64,000 nt of DNA, taken from the NCBI GenBank assembly GCA_038078835.1, contig JBBTQI010000005.1:43901-107900 (forward strand), read 5' to 3'. Shown piece after piece: positions 15,942 to 25,482 of the stretch. Below the pieces are notes generated by a model, which saw only the letters and a program-made list of their open reading frames with translations, searched no databases and was not told the origin of the DNA. The translations under genes and the position numbers were made by a program. Positions within the stretch are counted from its first letter, which is position 1, and the number at the start of each line of letters is the position of its first letter. Source of the DNA: Patescibacteria group bacterium. Its GTDB lineage: Bacteria; Patescibacteriota; UBA1384; XYA2-FULL-43-10; 1-14-0-10-43-13.

Positions 15942-18017
15942 CTACATTCCCAGGATGTCGTTGGCGGCGCCGAGAACTTCGAGTTGGCCGCTAATAAGGC
16001 GGCGATACTTGACGTAAGTTCCGGCAATACCGGCCATCATCGTTGCCAGAAAGCTGGCCCCGGCGGCGGCGCCGCTTGGCGGCAAAACGGGTGTCGGCGG
16101 AGCAGGCGGCGCCAACGCGGCCTTAACTTTAGTTTTGGCAATACTGGTCAGCGTGATCTTGTCAAAAGTCAGGGTGACAGTGTTAACCAGGACTTCGTCG
16201 GGGGCTAGAGTGGGAGCAAGAACAGCTCGAAACTTAATGTAGCCCGACTCATCCGGCCCAATCATATCCAGCTTAAAGCCGACACCGGTAATACCGTTGA
16301 TAATGGTCTTCTCCGCGCCGCCGGCAATCGACAAAACGGTTGTGCCCTCAAGGTATTGAACATTTGGCGGCAGAGTGTCGACAAACTTGACGAGATCGGC
16401 AAAAGCATTGCCCCTGTTGCTAAAATCAATCTTATATTCCAGAATATCACCGGGGAAAGCCTCGTTCTCTTTAGCAAAATCACTTTGGCTCGCCGTCACA
16501 TTCCGAACCGTTTTATCCAGCGCCAGCTCAACTTTCTTGGCCGGCCGCACCAGTGTGATCAGAATCTCGTCGCCGTATTTGTTGTAGAGCTTGTCGTCGA
16601 AGCTAAAACCGCGCGCCGGGTTAGCCGGCAGAGGATCCTTAACTTTAACGGTAAATTTCCGCTCGATTGTCGCGCCGGGATCTAACGTCACGGTCGGATA
16701 TTTGACCGCTCCGCCAGCGACCGTACCGCCATCCGAAACAGATACAACATTGGCATATTCCAGAATATCGGCAATATTATCTTCGACTTGATATTCCAGC
16801 GGCGCAACGCCGTTATTTTTGGTAATCAGCGCATATTCAATCTCATCACCGGCCTTGGCCGTTGCCGTAGAGACGTTCCCGTCTCGAGGCGCCGCCTGCT
16901 CACCCGAAGTCAAATTCACAGCCCGTTTGTGCTGTTCAACATTTGCCGCCGCCGGCAAAATCTTAACCTGCGCCGTGTCGGTAAGCGTAATCGCACCGGC
17001 AATCAGCTGGGCCGTATTGGTAACGATCGTCGGGGCGGAGACGTTGGCGACAACTTTGGCTTGAAAGCGAAGAGAGTGGGTCTCGCCGGGATTTAAGGGA
17101 TGCCCCATCGGCCAGCCGCCCCAAAAAAACTGGCCGGCATTCGGATCGTCGGGCAATGGCGTAACCGTTGTGCCGGCAATATGAGCCAGCGTACCGGGAA
17201 CGTATTGAAGTTCCGGCGGCAGAAGATCGCTCAGCAGAATATTATCAACCGGAGCCGAGCCGGGGTTAGTCGCAGCCACATCGAACTCGACAACCTCGCC
17301 AAAGAGGGCGGCAGTGAGCTCGGAGAAATTTGTCTCTGCCTTGACGGGAGCAATATTGCGAACGGTCTTGTTGAGATCGAGATTAATCGCCTGCGGCATC
17401 GCCCTAAACTTAAAGGTGATAAAACCGGCAAAGTCCCAACAGCCATTGATATCACCAATGTTAGCGGAAAAACCATCAAGAGTTGGCGCGACTATAATCG
17501 GCTGGGGATTAGTCGAACCCAAATCGGTTGAATTAGGAAACCAGTTTACGGAGTTAAGATCAAGACCAATATCGGCATTTGCGTTTAGCGCCACCGTCAA
17601 GCCCGGCCGGCCGACAACGGTACCGTCAGGCAGAATTGTATCAGTAACGGTCTCCGCGTTATCGGCCGAAATTGCCGCCTCAAAGAAAGCGACTTTGTTT
17701 GTCGTCTGCTTTGGCGCCGCCACGGTGATAGTGGTGTTGCGGGCCACCGTGCCCTCAATAATATTATGATAATAGATGACACCAAGAAACTCATCGCCGA
17801 CAGTGCCAACTACCGGATCGCGCGGCACAACTTGCGGCGGCACGGCCGAGATGTTGCGGCCAGTAAAGAGCTCGTGATCGCCAACAAGGCCGTTAAAGCG
17901 CGGTGTGTCAGCCCGGCTTGAAAGTGCCGGCCAGACCGCAAGAGAGAGAAGCGACAACAGTACAGAGGCGCCAACAATCTTTTTTAGCTTTGTCGCAAGA
18001 TATTGACCGTAACTCAT
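15942..18017 (-). CDS. DUF11-repeat surface protein with LPxxG-like C-terminal sorting signal
   Basis: Signal peptide; repeated L.L.K.V..PGD.LEY..N.G..D.LP...Y.PG units; LPPSG, hydrophobic stretch, KYRR. Confidence 0.85.
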   Translation of the reverse strand: MSYGQYLATKLKKIVGASVLLSLLSLAVWPALSSRADTPRFNGLVGDHELFTGRNISAVPPQVVPRDPVVGTVGDEFLGVIYYHNIIEGTVARNTTITVAAPKQTTNKVAFFEAAISADNAETVTDTILPDGTVVGRPGLTVALNANADIGLDLNSVNWFPNSTDLGSTNPQPIIVAPTLDGFSANIGDINGCWDFAGFITFKFRAMPQAINLDLNKTVRNIAPVKAETNFSELTAALFGEVVEFDVAATNPGSAPVDNILLSDLLPPELQYVPGTLAHIAGTTVTPLPDDPNAGQFFWGGWPMGHPLNPGETHSLRFQAKVVANVSAPTIVTNTAQLIAGAITLTDTAQVKILPAAANVEQHKRAVNLTSGEQAAPRDGNVSTATAKAGDEIEYALITKNNGVAPLEYQVEDNIADILEYANVVSVSDGGTVAGGAVKYPTVTLDPGATIERKFTVKVKDPLPANPARGFSFDDKLYNKYGDEILITLVRPAKKVELALDKTVRNVTASQSDFAKENEAFPGDILEYKIDFSNRGNAFADLVKFVDTLPPNVQYLEGTTVLSIAGGAEKTIINGITGVGFKLDMIGPDESGYIKFRAVLAPTLAPDEVLVNTVTLTFDKITLTSIAKTKVKAALAPPAPPTPVLPPSGAAAGASFLATMMAGIAGTYVKYRRLISGQLEVLGAANDILGM

Positions 18018-18033
18018 CTTACCTCACGTAGTA

Positions 18034-19593
18034 TTAATTAATGATATCGGGAAAAGCTGGAAGCGGCACAATAACCGAAATCGCCGCACTGCTCGAAATC
18101 GGTGCGATTCCCTGGGCGCTGGCGTAAGCGGTGTTAATTAGCTCCTCGCCATTATTGGGACAGCCGATAATCTTAACTTGAAGGGTAATATCGGCGCTGG
18201 TGCCGACCGGAATGGTGCCCAAGGCCAAACCGGCGGGGGTAAAGATATCGTCTCCACTGGGAACAATCTGGCCGCCAAGACGAACGCTGCCGAGCCCCGG
18301 AATAGTGTTTTTGGGGATAATATCGCGCACGACCAGACCGGGCAGATCGGCACTGCCGGTGTTGGCAATGGTGATTTTATAGGTAACAATATCATTTAGC
18401 CGGAAAGTCGGTCCGCCGATAACCGTCTTATCGATCTTTAAGTTCGGCACCCCGACAAAAACATGAATGGTCGCCTGATCGCGATCCTGTTCGATATTGT
18501 TCACATAAAGGATGGCCAGATTAACCAAGTGAGACCAGCCCGCCGGAAAGCTCGGGGATAACTTAACCCGGTAGGTAATCGTCAAGAGGCCAGCCGGTCC
18601 GGGTAGAACATCGGGCAGAGCCAGGCCGCCGGTAAATATAGTCTCGCCGCCGCCAAGCAGATTGCCATTAATATCTTTGATTTGCAGCGAACCGGGAACA
18701 TAAGCCGAGAGCGGCGGCAGATGGTCAACGACCGCAACATTTGTCGCCACGGTCTGGCCGTCATTGCGAACCCGAAGCCGGTAGATTGCCTCCCCGCCCG
18801 GAGCAGCCTCTGTTTCTTTGAGTGAAAAATCGGGATTGGCCGCGGCCGGCGAAACAAATTTATCCATCACCAGCTGGGCCGGCGCCAGAACCTTTACTTT
18901 AAAGTAAACAAAACCGGAGTACTGCCAGCAGCCGGCAATATCACCAATGCTGATGCCGTAAGAGTTGGTGGCGATGCCGTCGGGCAGGTCGGAAATAATC
19001 AAATTATCAAGATTGTTCAGATCACGGGTCATAAGTTTGGTGGAACCCGGCATGTACTCAACCCGGGCCGGCGTATTTAAATTAATCGTACCGCCGGAGA
19101 GACCAATGGTGCCCAATCCGGGCACGACGGTGTCGGTAATATAGGGAGTCTCCTGCGACCAGAGATAGCTGGCGGCGACAATCTGATTGGAAACGCCGGA
19201 GGGAATGTCGACGCGAACCGAGGTCTGGTGAGCAACCGTGCCGGGGACACCGTTATGAAAATAAAGCAAAAAAGCAACTTCGTCACCGATATCGGCCGAG
19301 ACCGGATCAACCCAGTCCGTCCGCTTGGTCACGTTGCTCACCCGCAGCATCTCCAGATCGCCCTGGTTGGAACCATCGGGCGCCGGACCAAGGAAGTTAA
19401 AACGAGGACTTGTTCCCAGGCTGGGGGCACTCTGAGTGTTGGCCTGAACACCCTGATCAATCGAGCGCGGTGCGGCAACAGCCAGTAAGAGGGCCGAAAT
19501 TGCCACCGAACCCAAAATGATCCGCTTGACCTTCGTCCAGAGAATCAGTGATTCGATTGAGGGTCGCTTTCGTTTAAATATTCGACTAAGCAT
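18034..19593 (-). CDS. DUF11-repeat surface protein
   Basis: N-terminal TM helix; N-domain paralogous to 15942..18017 (PRFN..GD.E, IGDI.GCW.(Y/F).GF); two DUF11 units. Confidence 0.85.
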   Translation of the reverse strand: MLSRIFKRKRPSIESLILWTKVKRIILGSVAISALLLAVAAPRSIDQGVQANTQSAPSLGTSPRFNFLGPAPDGSNQGDLEMLRVSNVTKRTDWVDPVSADIGDEVAFLLYFHNGVPGTVAHQTSVRVDIPSGVSNQIVAASYLWSQETPYITDTVVPGLGTIGLSGGTINLNTPARVEYMPGSTKLMTRDLNNLDNLIISDLPDGIATNSYGISIGDIAGCWQYSGFVYFKVKVLAPAQLVMDKFVSPAAANPDFSLKETEAAPGGEAIYRLRVRNDGQTVATNVAVVDHLPPLSAYVPGSLQIKDINGNLLGGGETIFTGGLALPDVLPGPAGLLTITYRVKLSPSFPAGWSHLVNLAILYVNNIEQDRDQATIHVFVGVPNLKIDKTVIGGPTFRLNDIVTYKITIANTGSADLPGLVVRDIIPKNTIPGLGSVRLGGQIVPSGDDIFTPAGLALGTIPVGTSADITLQVKIIGCPNNGEELINTAYASAQGIAPISSSAAISVIVPLPAFPDIIN

Positions 19594-19752
19594 TCTATCC
19601 TTTCCTTGGCGCCAATGGTGTTTGTGCTTTGGCGCTCTAAATTATCATAAGCAAGTAATAATTGTAAAGCGAGAACTCCATATTTTATTCGCTCTATAAT
19701 TTAATTCTATTCCCAAGCAATAATTTTTCAATTATTACTGCTGTCGTGCAGT

Positions 19753-19852
19753 TGTCATCCTCAACCTGATTCAGAAATCACTGTATGGATCCTACATCCC
19801 ATTCGACTGCGCTCAGGGTCTGAGTGAAATCGAAGACAAGTGCGGGATGACA
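19753..19852. repeat. REP-like pair with a second palindrome nested in its loop
   Basis: GGATCCTACATC[39 bp]AAGTGCGGGATGACA. Confidence 0.75.
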
Positions 19853-19898
19853 GAGAAGGAGAATGACACAACGTGGGTAATTATTGCCTCGGAATAGT

Positions 19899-19930
19899 CC
19901 AGCACCACTCGCCGCAGCGAGTGGTGCTGG
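19899..19930 (-). terminator. 14-bp hairpin after 19958..20752
   Basis: CCAGCACCACTCGC/GCGAGTGGTGCTGG. Confidence 0.6.
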
Positions 19931-19957
19931 GAAACGGATCTTCCCTCCTTTCTCCTA

Positions 19958-20752
19958 TTACTGGATGCCGCCGTTGAGGTTGCTCGGCGGCGGCAGAGGC
20001 GGAGCAGTTGGTCCGTCATAACCTGGTAGGGTGGTGCCGCCTACACCACTCCAACTACCCGGCACGTTCAGCGCCGGATCCCAGGACAGCGGCGGCGGCC
20101 CGATCCCGGACTTAAACGTCCCCGCTTGCTTGGGATTGATGATCTTCGTCTGGGACGGCACCCGCCGTCCCAGAATAGCCGCCGTCCGGATGAGCGGACG
20201 GGTTGTGACCGTCCGCGTTCCGACAGCCACGGTTCGAGCTGGGGCAGAGGGCTTCCAACCAACCATCGGCACCCGAGCGCGTTCCTGCGGCGATATCACC
20301 GTCACCTGTGCCGGCGGCGCAGTGACATTCACTACCGGTGCTGGACAGGGTTGTAGCGACGGCGCTGGAGCGGGTTGAACTCCCGGCGTCAGCGTAGCCG
20401 ACACCGAGAGAAACGTCTCTGCCTTCTTGGTCTCGCCCCAGCAGCCCCAAGAGGGGTTGCCGCAGTCGAGCCGGCGGACGATGCTGTACTTGCCGGCGGC
20501 GCAGGTGTACTCCACCCACGTTCCGGCCAAGTGCACGGCGTTGTGTGGTTTGGGCCGACCCCTCTCCCAGCGCCAAACTCCACCGACAACCGCCGCCGGC
20601 AGGCGGCCGTAGAAGTGGCCGGCCGGGGGCTGCCGCGCCGGCCCTGACCAACCCGGCCAGGGATCCCAGCAATAGATGGCGGCATCGGGCAGGGCCGCTT
20701 GTGCCACCCCACCGATGCCGACGATTAACGCCGCAAGCACTATCACTCTCAC
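19958..20752 (-). CDS. Hypothetical secreted Pro/Trp/Cys-rich protein
   Basis: GTG start after RBS AAGGAGGT; signal peptide VRVIVLAALIVGIGGVAQA. Confidence 0.7.
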   Translation of the reverse strand: MRVIVLAALIVGIGGVAQAALPDAAIYCWDPWPGWSGPARQPPAGHFYGRLPAAVVGGVWRWERGRPKPHNAVHLAGTWVEYTCAAGKYSIVRRLDCGNPSWGCWGETKKAETFLSVSATLTPGVQPAPAPSLQPCPAPVVNVTAPPAQVTVISPQERARVPMVGWKPSAPARTVAVGTRTVTTRPLIRTAAILGRRVPSQTKIINPKQAGTFKSGIGPPPLSWDPALNVPGSWSGVGGTTLPGYDGPTAPPLPPPSNLNGGIQ

Positions 20753-20763
20753 TGCCCACCTCC

Positions 20764-22110
20764 TTATCGCCCAACCCAACCTGTGGCCGTGATGGTCAGG
20801 GTTGGCGTCGGGCTTGATGCTGAAAGCTCGAACCAGCCGGAACAGGTCCGGCCGGTGCCGACGATGGAGTGCCGCCACTTGTACTTGCCTGGCGGCAGTT
20901 CGATTGGCGGCGCGTTGGGATTGGCACAGGAGCGCGCCGGACAGACCGGCTGACCCATCACGCTCAGGATCTCGATCGTCTGCACCGACAGGGCGCAGTT
21001 CATCTGGTTAATGATCCTGATTGTAAGGCGGATACTCCCGGTCGGAACGTTTGGCACATCCGATGACGGCTGGCCGGCCTCGACCCGAGACACTCTAGTC
21101 TTGAGGTTGGCAATGTCGCCCTCAACCTGCTCCAACCTGGTGCCGATGCCGTCGACCTTGACGTTCAACGCACCAAACCCGTTCTGTATCTGCTGGGAGA
21201 GATCTCCCGCCGGCAGATGGTCGGCCGGATGGGCGGACGCGCCTTCCGGTAATGGCAGCTCGGTTAGCCCGGCTGTTGCTGTTCCCTCAGCAAGCAACGC
21301 CTCGAGGCGTTGCGCTTCCTGCTCCTGCGTCATGAAGCCGCCCCGGGCAAACTTGGCATTACTGAGGTGTTCTCGCATGGCCGACGTAACGGCCACTCTC
21401 CATGCCTGCTTCCAGAGCCTAAACCTCGGGTCACAGTCAGCCTGGTCCTCGTCGATCAAGTACGGGTCGGTCAGGCCGGGCGGGAGCGGACAGATACCGC
21501 TAATGTATCGCTTACTGCTCGCGGTTTGGTCGATCACGTCAAACCCGGACCCGCTGACGTTGGCCGTCCTTCCCCGGTCAACGAAACGAAACAGTAACAG
21601 GTATCTCCTTTCTCTCCGCACGACCGAGAAAGACCGGACCAGGAAGTCACAGTTGACGCCGGCTGTGATCGACTCGGTTTCGATCACATACCGGTTTCGG
21701 TCAATCTTCTGCCACTTGTCGTCAGCGGATGCTCCGCGGATCACGACCTCCGGCCGGGTATCAACGACATCACCCCTCGAGTTAACGATGGTGAGGTCGG
21801 CCCGCAGATAGCGGAACATTGGCCAGAAGACAGGGTCATACTTGATGACCGTGATCGCCCCCGGGTCCCACAGCACATCGGCACCATCTCCGACCGCGGA
21901 ACGGCTCGCGCTTAACTTGACGGCGATGCCGAAAGTCTCGGCAGTGACCTTCTCTCTCGCGATCAGCTTACTGACCTCTTCGCTCTCGACAACCAGTTCA
22001 GTGGTGCCGAGAAAACGAGCCTGCACGGGCATGATGCTGACCGGCACTACGAGGGCCGTCAGCACCAACACAGAAAGCCAGATGGCTCTTGTGCCTCTCA
22101 TTTTACCCAT
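20764..22110 (-). CDS. Hypothetical secreted protein with a coiled coil and a beta-rich C-terminal domain
   Basis: Signal peptide ending VQA; RBS AAGGGAGGG; start may be 22101. Confidence 0.8.
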   Translation of the reverse strand: MGKMRGTRAIWLSVLVLTALVVPVSIMPVQARFLGTTELVVESEEVSKLIAREKVTAETFGIAVKLSASRSAVGDGADVLWDPGAITVIKYDPVFWPMFRYLRADLTIVNSRGDVVDTRPEVVIRGASADDKWQKIDRNRYVIETESITAGVNCDFLVRSFSVVRRERRYLLLFRFVDRGRTANVSGSGFDVIDQTASSKRYISGICPLPPGLTDPYLIDEDQADCDPRFRLWKQAWRVAVTSAMREHLSNAKFARGGFMTQEQEAQRLEALLAEGTATAGLTELPLPEGASAHPADHLPAGDLSQQIQNGFGALNVKVDGIGTRLEQVEGDIANLKTRVSRVEAGQPSSDVPNVPTGSIRLTIRIINQMNCALSVQTIEILSVMGQPVCPARSCANPNAPPIELPPGKYKWRHSIVGTGRTCSGWFELSASSPTPTLTITATGWVGR

Positions 22111-22364
22111 CCCTCCCTTCCCCTTGCGGGGCGAATATCACGCCTGAAACCTCGCCCCGCTGGGGATAGGGCGGATCGAGCGTGAAATATCTTCTGCCCA
22201 CCTGGAAGATGAATGTGACCAAACATCTTCCAGGTGAGATTCATATGTAAGGTACCCCCGCCAAACCTGACCCCAGATCGGCCGGGCGGGAGAATTCGCT
22301 TTGGCAAGCGACGGGTACCCTCGCACTTCATCCCCCGCCAAAGATAATTAGGACAGAGCAAGTA

Positions 22365-22393
22365 AATTTATTTCATTATGATAAGCTTGTCAA
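22365..22393 (-). promoter_or_regulatory. sigma70 promoter of the second GC-rich operon
   Basis: TTGACA-17 nt-TAAATT. Confidence 0.7.
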
Positions 22394-22713
22394 GCTGTCA
22401 CTGATCTGCCGGAAACAGATAGCAGGTACCCCGGATGATCAGACAGAGAATTTATGATGGCAGGTGCAGTAAAAAACAGTACACCCGGCCTTTGGCTTGA
22501 TTTTGACCTTTGACATTTGAGATTTGCGATAACACCTGCTATTATGCTTTGCCGCCCTTTAATTCAGCCAGGAAGATGGCGAGGAATAATAGAGGCCGGC
22601 TAGGCCAAGCCCAGGCAATTTGTGGGGCTATCAATGCCAACCGACCCGTAAAACCTATCATCCTAATTTCCCAGTCTTCCCAGCCGAGTTAGAAAACGGC
22701 AAGAACCTTATAA

Positions 22714-22779
22714 TTTAGCAAGTTAGCATTTTAGCAATTTAGCTAACTAGCTAGCGTGCTAATCTGCTAGCAAGCTACT
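22714..22779. repeat. TAGC-rich repeat, divergent family member
   Basis: TTAGCAAGTTAGCA..TAGCTAACTAGCTAGCGTGCTAA. Confidence 0.75.
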
Positions 22780-22898
22780 TGTATCTTGGTTGTTGAAATG
22801 GTCCTGGCAGTAAAAAAACAAAAGACGAACCACCTGTTGTGGGCTATTTCTGAGTCCTCTCCCGCCACTCTCAAAAACAAAGCTACCTTAGCATTAAT

Positions 22899-24272
22899 TT
22901 AGATTTTTGTCAATAAGTAGCCCGTTTTTTTGTCCTCGATCCGCCACCCCTTCCCTTCGAGTTCTTGGCGGATTTTATCAGATAGAGCATAGTCTTTTTG
23001 CCGGCGAGCCTCTTCTCTCTTGGCGGCTAATTTTTTGATCTCGGGCGGGATGGCAAGTTCTTCTTTTTCTCCTAATTTGAGCCCTAAAACCTCATCCATT
23101 TTTTGCGCCGTCGCAGTCCTAATTTCGGCCGAAACGGATTCGTCTCGCGCCATCTCCCAAAGAGTCGCCAGCCCGCCGGGCGTGTCCAGGTCGTCTGAGA
23201 TACGATCGTAAAATTTATTGAGGTAATCCTGGTTAACCTCTGCGCCACCACCTCGGAGGTGTTTAGGCACATTCACCTCCGAGGTGATCTCCGGCATCAA
23301 CCGATTCAACCGCTCGCGGGCATTTTTGGCCGCTTCGAGACCAGCCCAGGTAAAGTTCAGCTTGGTTCGATAGTGCGCTCCAAGCACGAGATAGCGAAAA
23401 TCCAGCGGCGAAAAGCCGCGCTCCGTCAAATCCTTAAGATTATAGACATTGCCCAAACTTTTGGCCATCTTCTGGCTGTCAACCAATAAATGTTCGCCAT
23501 GGACCCAAAAACGGACAAAGTCTTTGCTGCTCAGCGCCTCCGATTGAGCAATTTCATTTTCGTGATGAGGAAAGATCAGATCAACCGCGCCGGTGTGAAT
23601 ATCAATCGTCTGACCCAGAGTCTCCCCGGCCATAACAGAACACTCAATGTGCCAACCGGGCCGGCCCCGGCCAATCTTTGTCTCCCAATAAATATCGCCG
23701 TCATCTTTATCCCAAGCCTTCCAGAGAACAAAGTCGGCGGGGTTTTCCTTGGTATATTCATCCTGGCTAACACGCGCCCCCGCCCTAATCCCGGCCCGAT
23801 CCAGTTTGGCAAGCTTGCCGTAATCCTTGAACTTATCAATAGAGAAGTAAACAGAACCGTCTTCGCCCCGATAAGCAAAACCGCGCCGCAGAAGTTCAGC
23901 AACAAAGTCAGCCATCCTCTCAACATACGCTGTTGCCCGGGTAACGAGATCGGGGAGGAGAATATTAAGCGCGGAGAGATCCTCAAAAAAAATCTTCTCA
24001 TAGCGCCGGGTGAGCTCCCGCAGCCTGGTCTTGTCGCCGCCGCTCTTTTTAATCGTCTTGTCATCAACGTCGGTCACATTCATAACGTGCTTAACGCGAA
24101 AATCGTTAGCCAAGAGGGTTCGCTTCAAGACATCATTAAAAAGATAGGTCCTAAGGTTCCCGATATGGGCAACATCGTAGACGGTCGGGCCGCAGCTGTA
24201 TAAGGTGGCAAGGCGATTATGGAGCGGCGCAAACTCCTCCAAGCGATTGGTCAGGGTGTTGTAAAACTTCAT
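22899..24272 (-). CDS. cysS: Cysteine--tRNA ligase
   Basis: CGPTVYDVAHIGN, GRPGWHIECS, FPHHENE, KMAKS. Confidence 0.98.
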   Translation of the reverse strand: MKFYNTLTNRLEEFAPLHNRLATLYSCGPTVYDVAHIGNLRTYLFNDVLKRTLLANDFRVKHVMNVTDVDDKTIKKSGGDKTRLRELTRRYEKIFFEDLSALNILLPDLVTRATAYVERMADFVAELLRRGFAYRGEDGSVYFSIDKFKDYGKLAKLDRAGIRAGARVSQDEYTKENPADFVLWKAWDKDDGDIYWETKIGRGRPGWHIECSVMAGETLGQTIDIHTGAVDLIFPHHENEIAQSEALSSKDFVRFWVHGEHLLVDSQKMAKSLGNVYNLKDLTERGFSPLDFRYLVLGAHYRTKLNFTWAGLEAAKNARERLNRLMPEITSEVNVPKHLRGGGAEVNQDYLNKFYDRISDDLDTPGGLATLWEMARDESVSAEIRTATAQKMDEVLGLKLGEKEELAIPPEIKKLAAKREEARRQKDYALSDKIRQELEGKGWRIEDKKTGYLLTKI

Positions 24273-24290
24273 ATCTAGAACTTAACAGGA

Positions 24291-24602
24291 TTAGACCGTG
24301 GCGGCAAGGTTTTCATCCTCCAACCCGAAGCTCTCCATCTCAAAGGAGTCAATGAGGTCAAGATCGTCGTCATCCAAATCATCAAACTTTTTAAAGAGAC
24401 GCTTCCCCGACCGAGACCGCGGCAGACTCCCCGCTTCATCCTCTCCCTCGTCATCCAAATCATCAGCCGAATCATCATCGCTCGCCGCCTCGATAATGCC
24501 TCTGTCCAGAGCCGGATAACCGCAAATCTCGCAAACCGGCCCGGGCGCATCGATCCCGCAATTCTCGCAAAAGTACTGTTCCATCTCTTCTTTCTCCGTC
24601 AC
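24291..24602 (-). CDS. Small acidic zinc-ribbon protein
   Basis: CENC..CEIC followed by an Asp/Glu-rich tail; RBS AAGGAGGAG. Confidence 0.75.
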   Translation of the reverse strand: MTEKEEMEQYFCENCGIDAPGPVCEICGYPALDRGIIEAASDDDSADDLDDEGEDEAGSLPRSRSGKRLFKKFDDLDDDDLDLIDSFEMESFGLEDENLAATV

Positions 24603-24691
24603 ACTCCTCCTTTTTTAGCTTTTGTTTTTGGCAATCCCTCAGATTTTATCCAGCAGCGCTTGCATATGTCAAGAAGAAGTTATCCACCACC

Positions 24692-24821
24692 AAAAATATC
24701 AAAAATCAAGCATCAAATCACAAATAAGTTCCAAATTACAAATACCGGATAATAAGCGTTTAAAGATTGATTATTGGAAACTGGGATTTATTTGGGATTT
24801 GTTATTTGGATTTTGGAATTT
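24692..24821. repeat. Degenerate 7-8-mer inverted-repeat array
   Basis: (CAAAT)-type units followed by complementary (ATTTGG)-type units. Confidence 0.7.
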
Positions 24822-24823
24822 AC

Positions 24824-25426
24824 CTAGTATTCTCTTCTTCCCTCGAGCGATCTTTTGATCGTCACCTCGTCGGCATACTCCAGATCGCCGCCGACCGGTA
24901 AACCGCGAGCAATGCGTGTTGTCTTGATGTTTATTGCGGCGGAACGCATCTTGTCCCGGATGTAGGCGGCCGTGGCCTCGCCCTCAAAGTCAGGATCGGT
25001 CGCCAGGACAACCTCGCTGATACCGTCGCCATGGAGGCGATCAAGCAACTGGTTAATGCGCAACTGTTCCGGTCCAATGCCCTCAATCGGCGAGATTGCT
25101 CCACCCAACACGTGGTAGAGGCCGGTAAAGCCGCCGGCTCTCTCCAGGGCGATAACATCAAGCGGCTCCTCAACCACTGCCAGGAGGTGGCGATCACGCC
25201 GCTCGTCGGAGCAGATCGGGCACACCTCCGCCTCGGCAATGTTAAAACAGTGCCGGCAGAATTTAAGGTTCTCTCGCAAACCAAGAACTGCCCGGCCCAA
25301 GCTTGCAATATCATCCTTGGGCTTGGTCAGCAAATAAAAAACCAGCCGGGCGGCTGTTTTGGGTCCGATTCCCGGAAACCTGGAGAATTCATCAATTAAA
25401 TTTTGAACCGCTTTGGGTAGCATCAC
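24824..25426 (-). CDS. recR: Recombination mediator RecR
   Basis: PGIGPKTAARL, C4 zinc finger, TOPRIM EGEATA, ARGLPVGGDLEYAD. Confidence 0.98.
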   Translation of the reverse strand: MMLPKAVQNLIDEFSRFPGIGPKTAARLVFYLLTKPKDDIASLGRAVLGLRENLKFCRHCFNIAEAEVCPICSDERRDRHLLAVVEEPLDVIALERAGGFTGLYHVLGGAISPIEGIGPEQLRINQLLDRLHGDGISEVVLATDPDFEGEATAAYIRDKMRSAAINIKTTRIARGLPVGGDLEYADEVTIKRSLEGRREY

Positions 25427-25482
25427 TTAAGTACTAAGTGTGAAAGAAATTCCTTATTAACTCAGTACTTGGAACTTTCACA

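Noticed and set aside
19958-20878. 306-aa version of this ORF
   Set aside because: It overlaps the upstream gene; a GTG at 20752 has a strong RBS and a signal peptide.
22400-22899. tmRNA, RNase P RNA or SRP RNA
   Set aside because: No tRNA-like ends, no GAGGAAAGTCC and no SRP domain IV motif on either strand.
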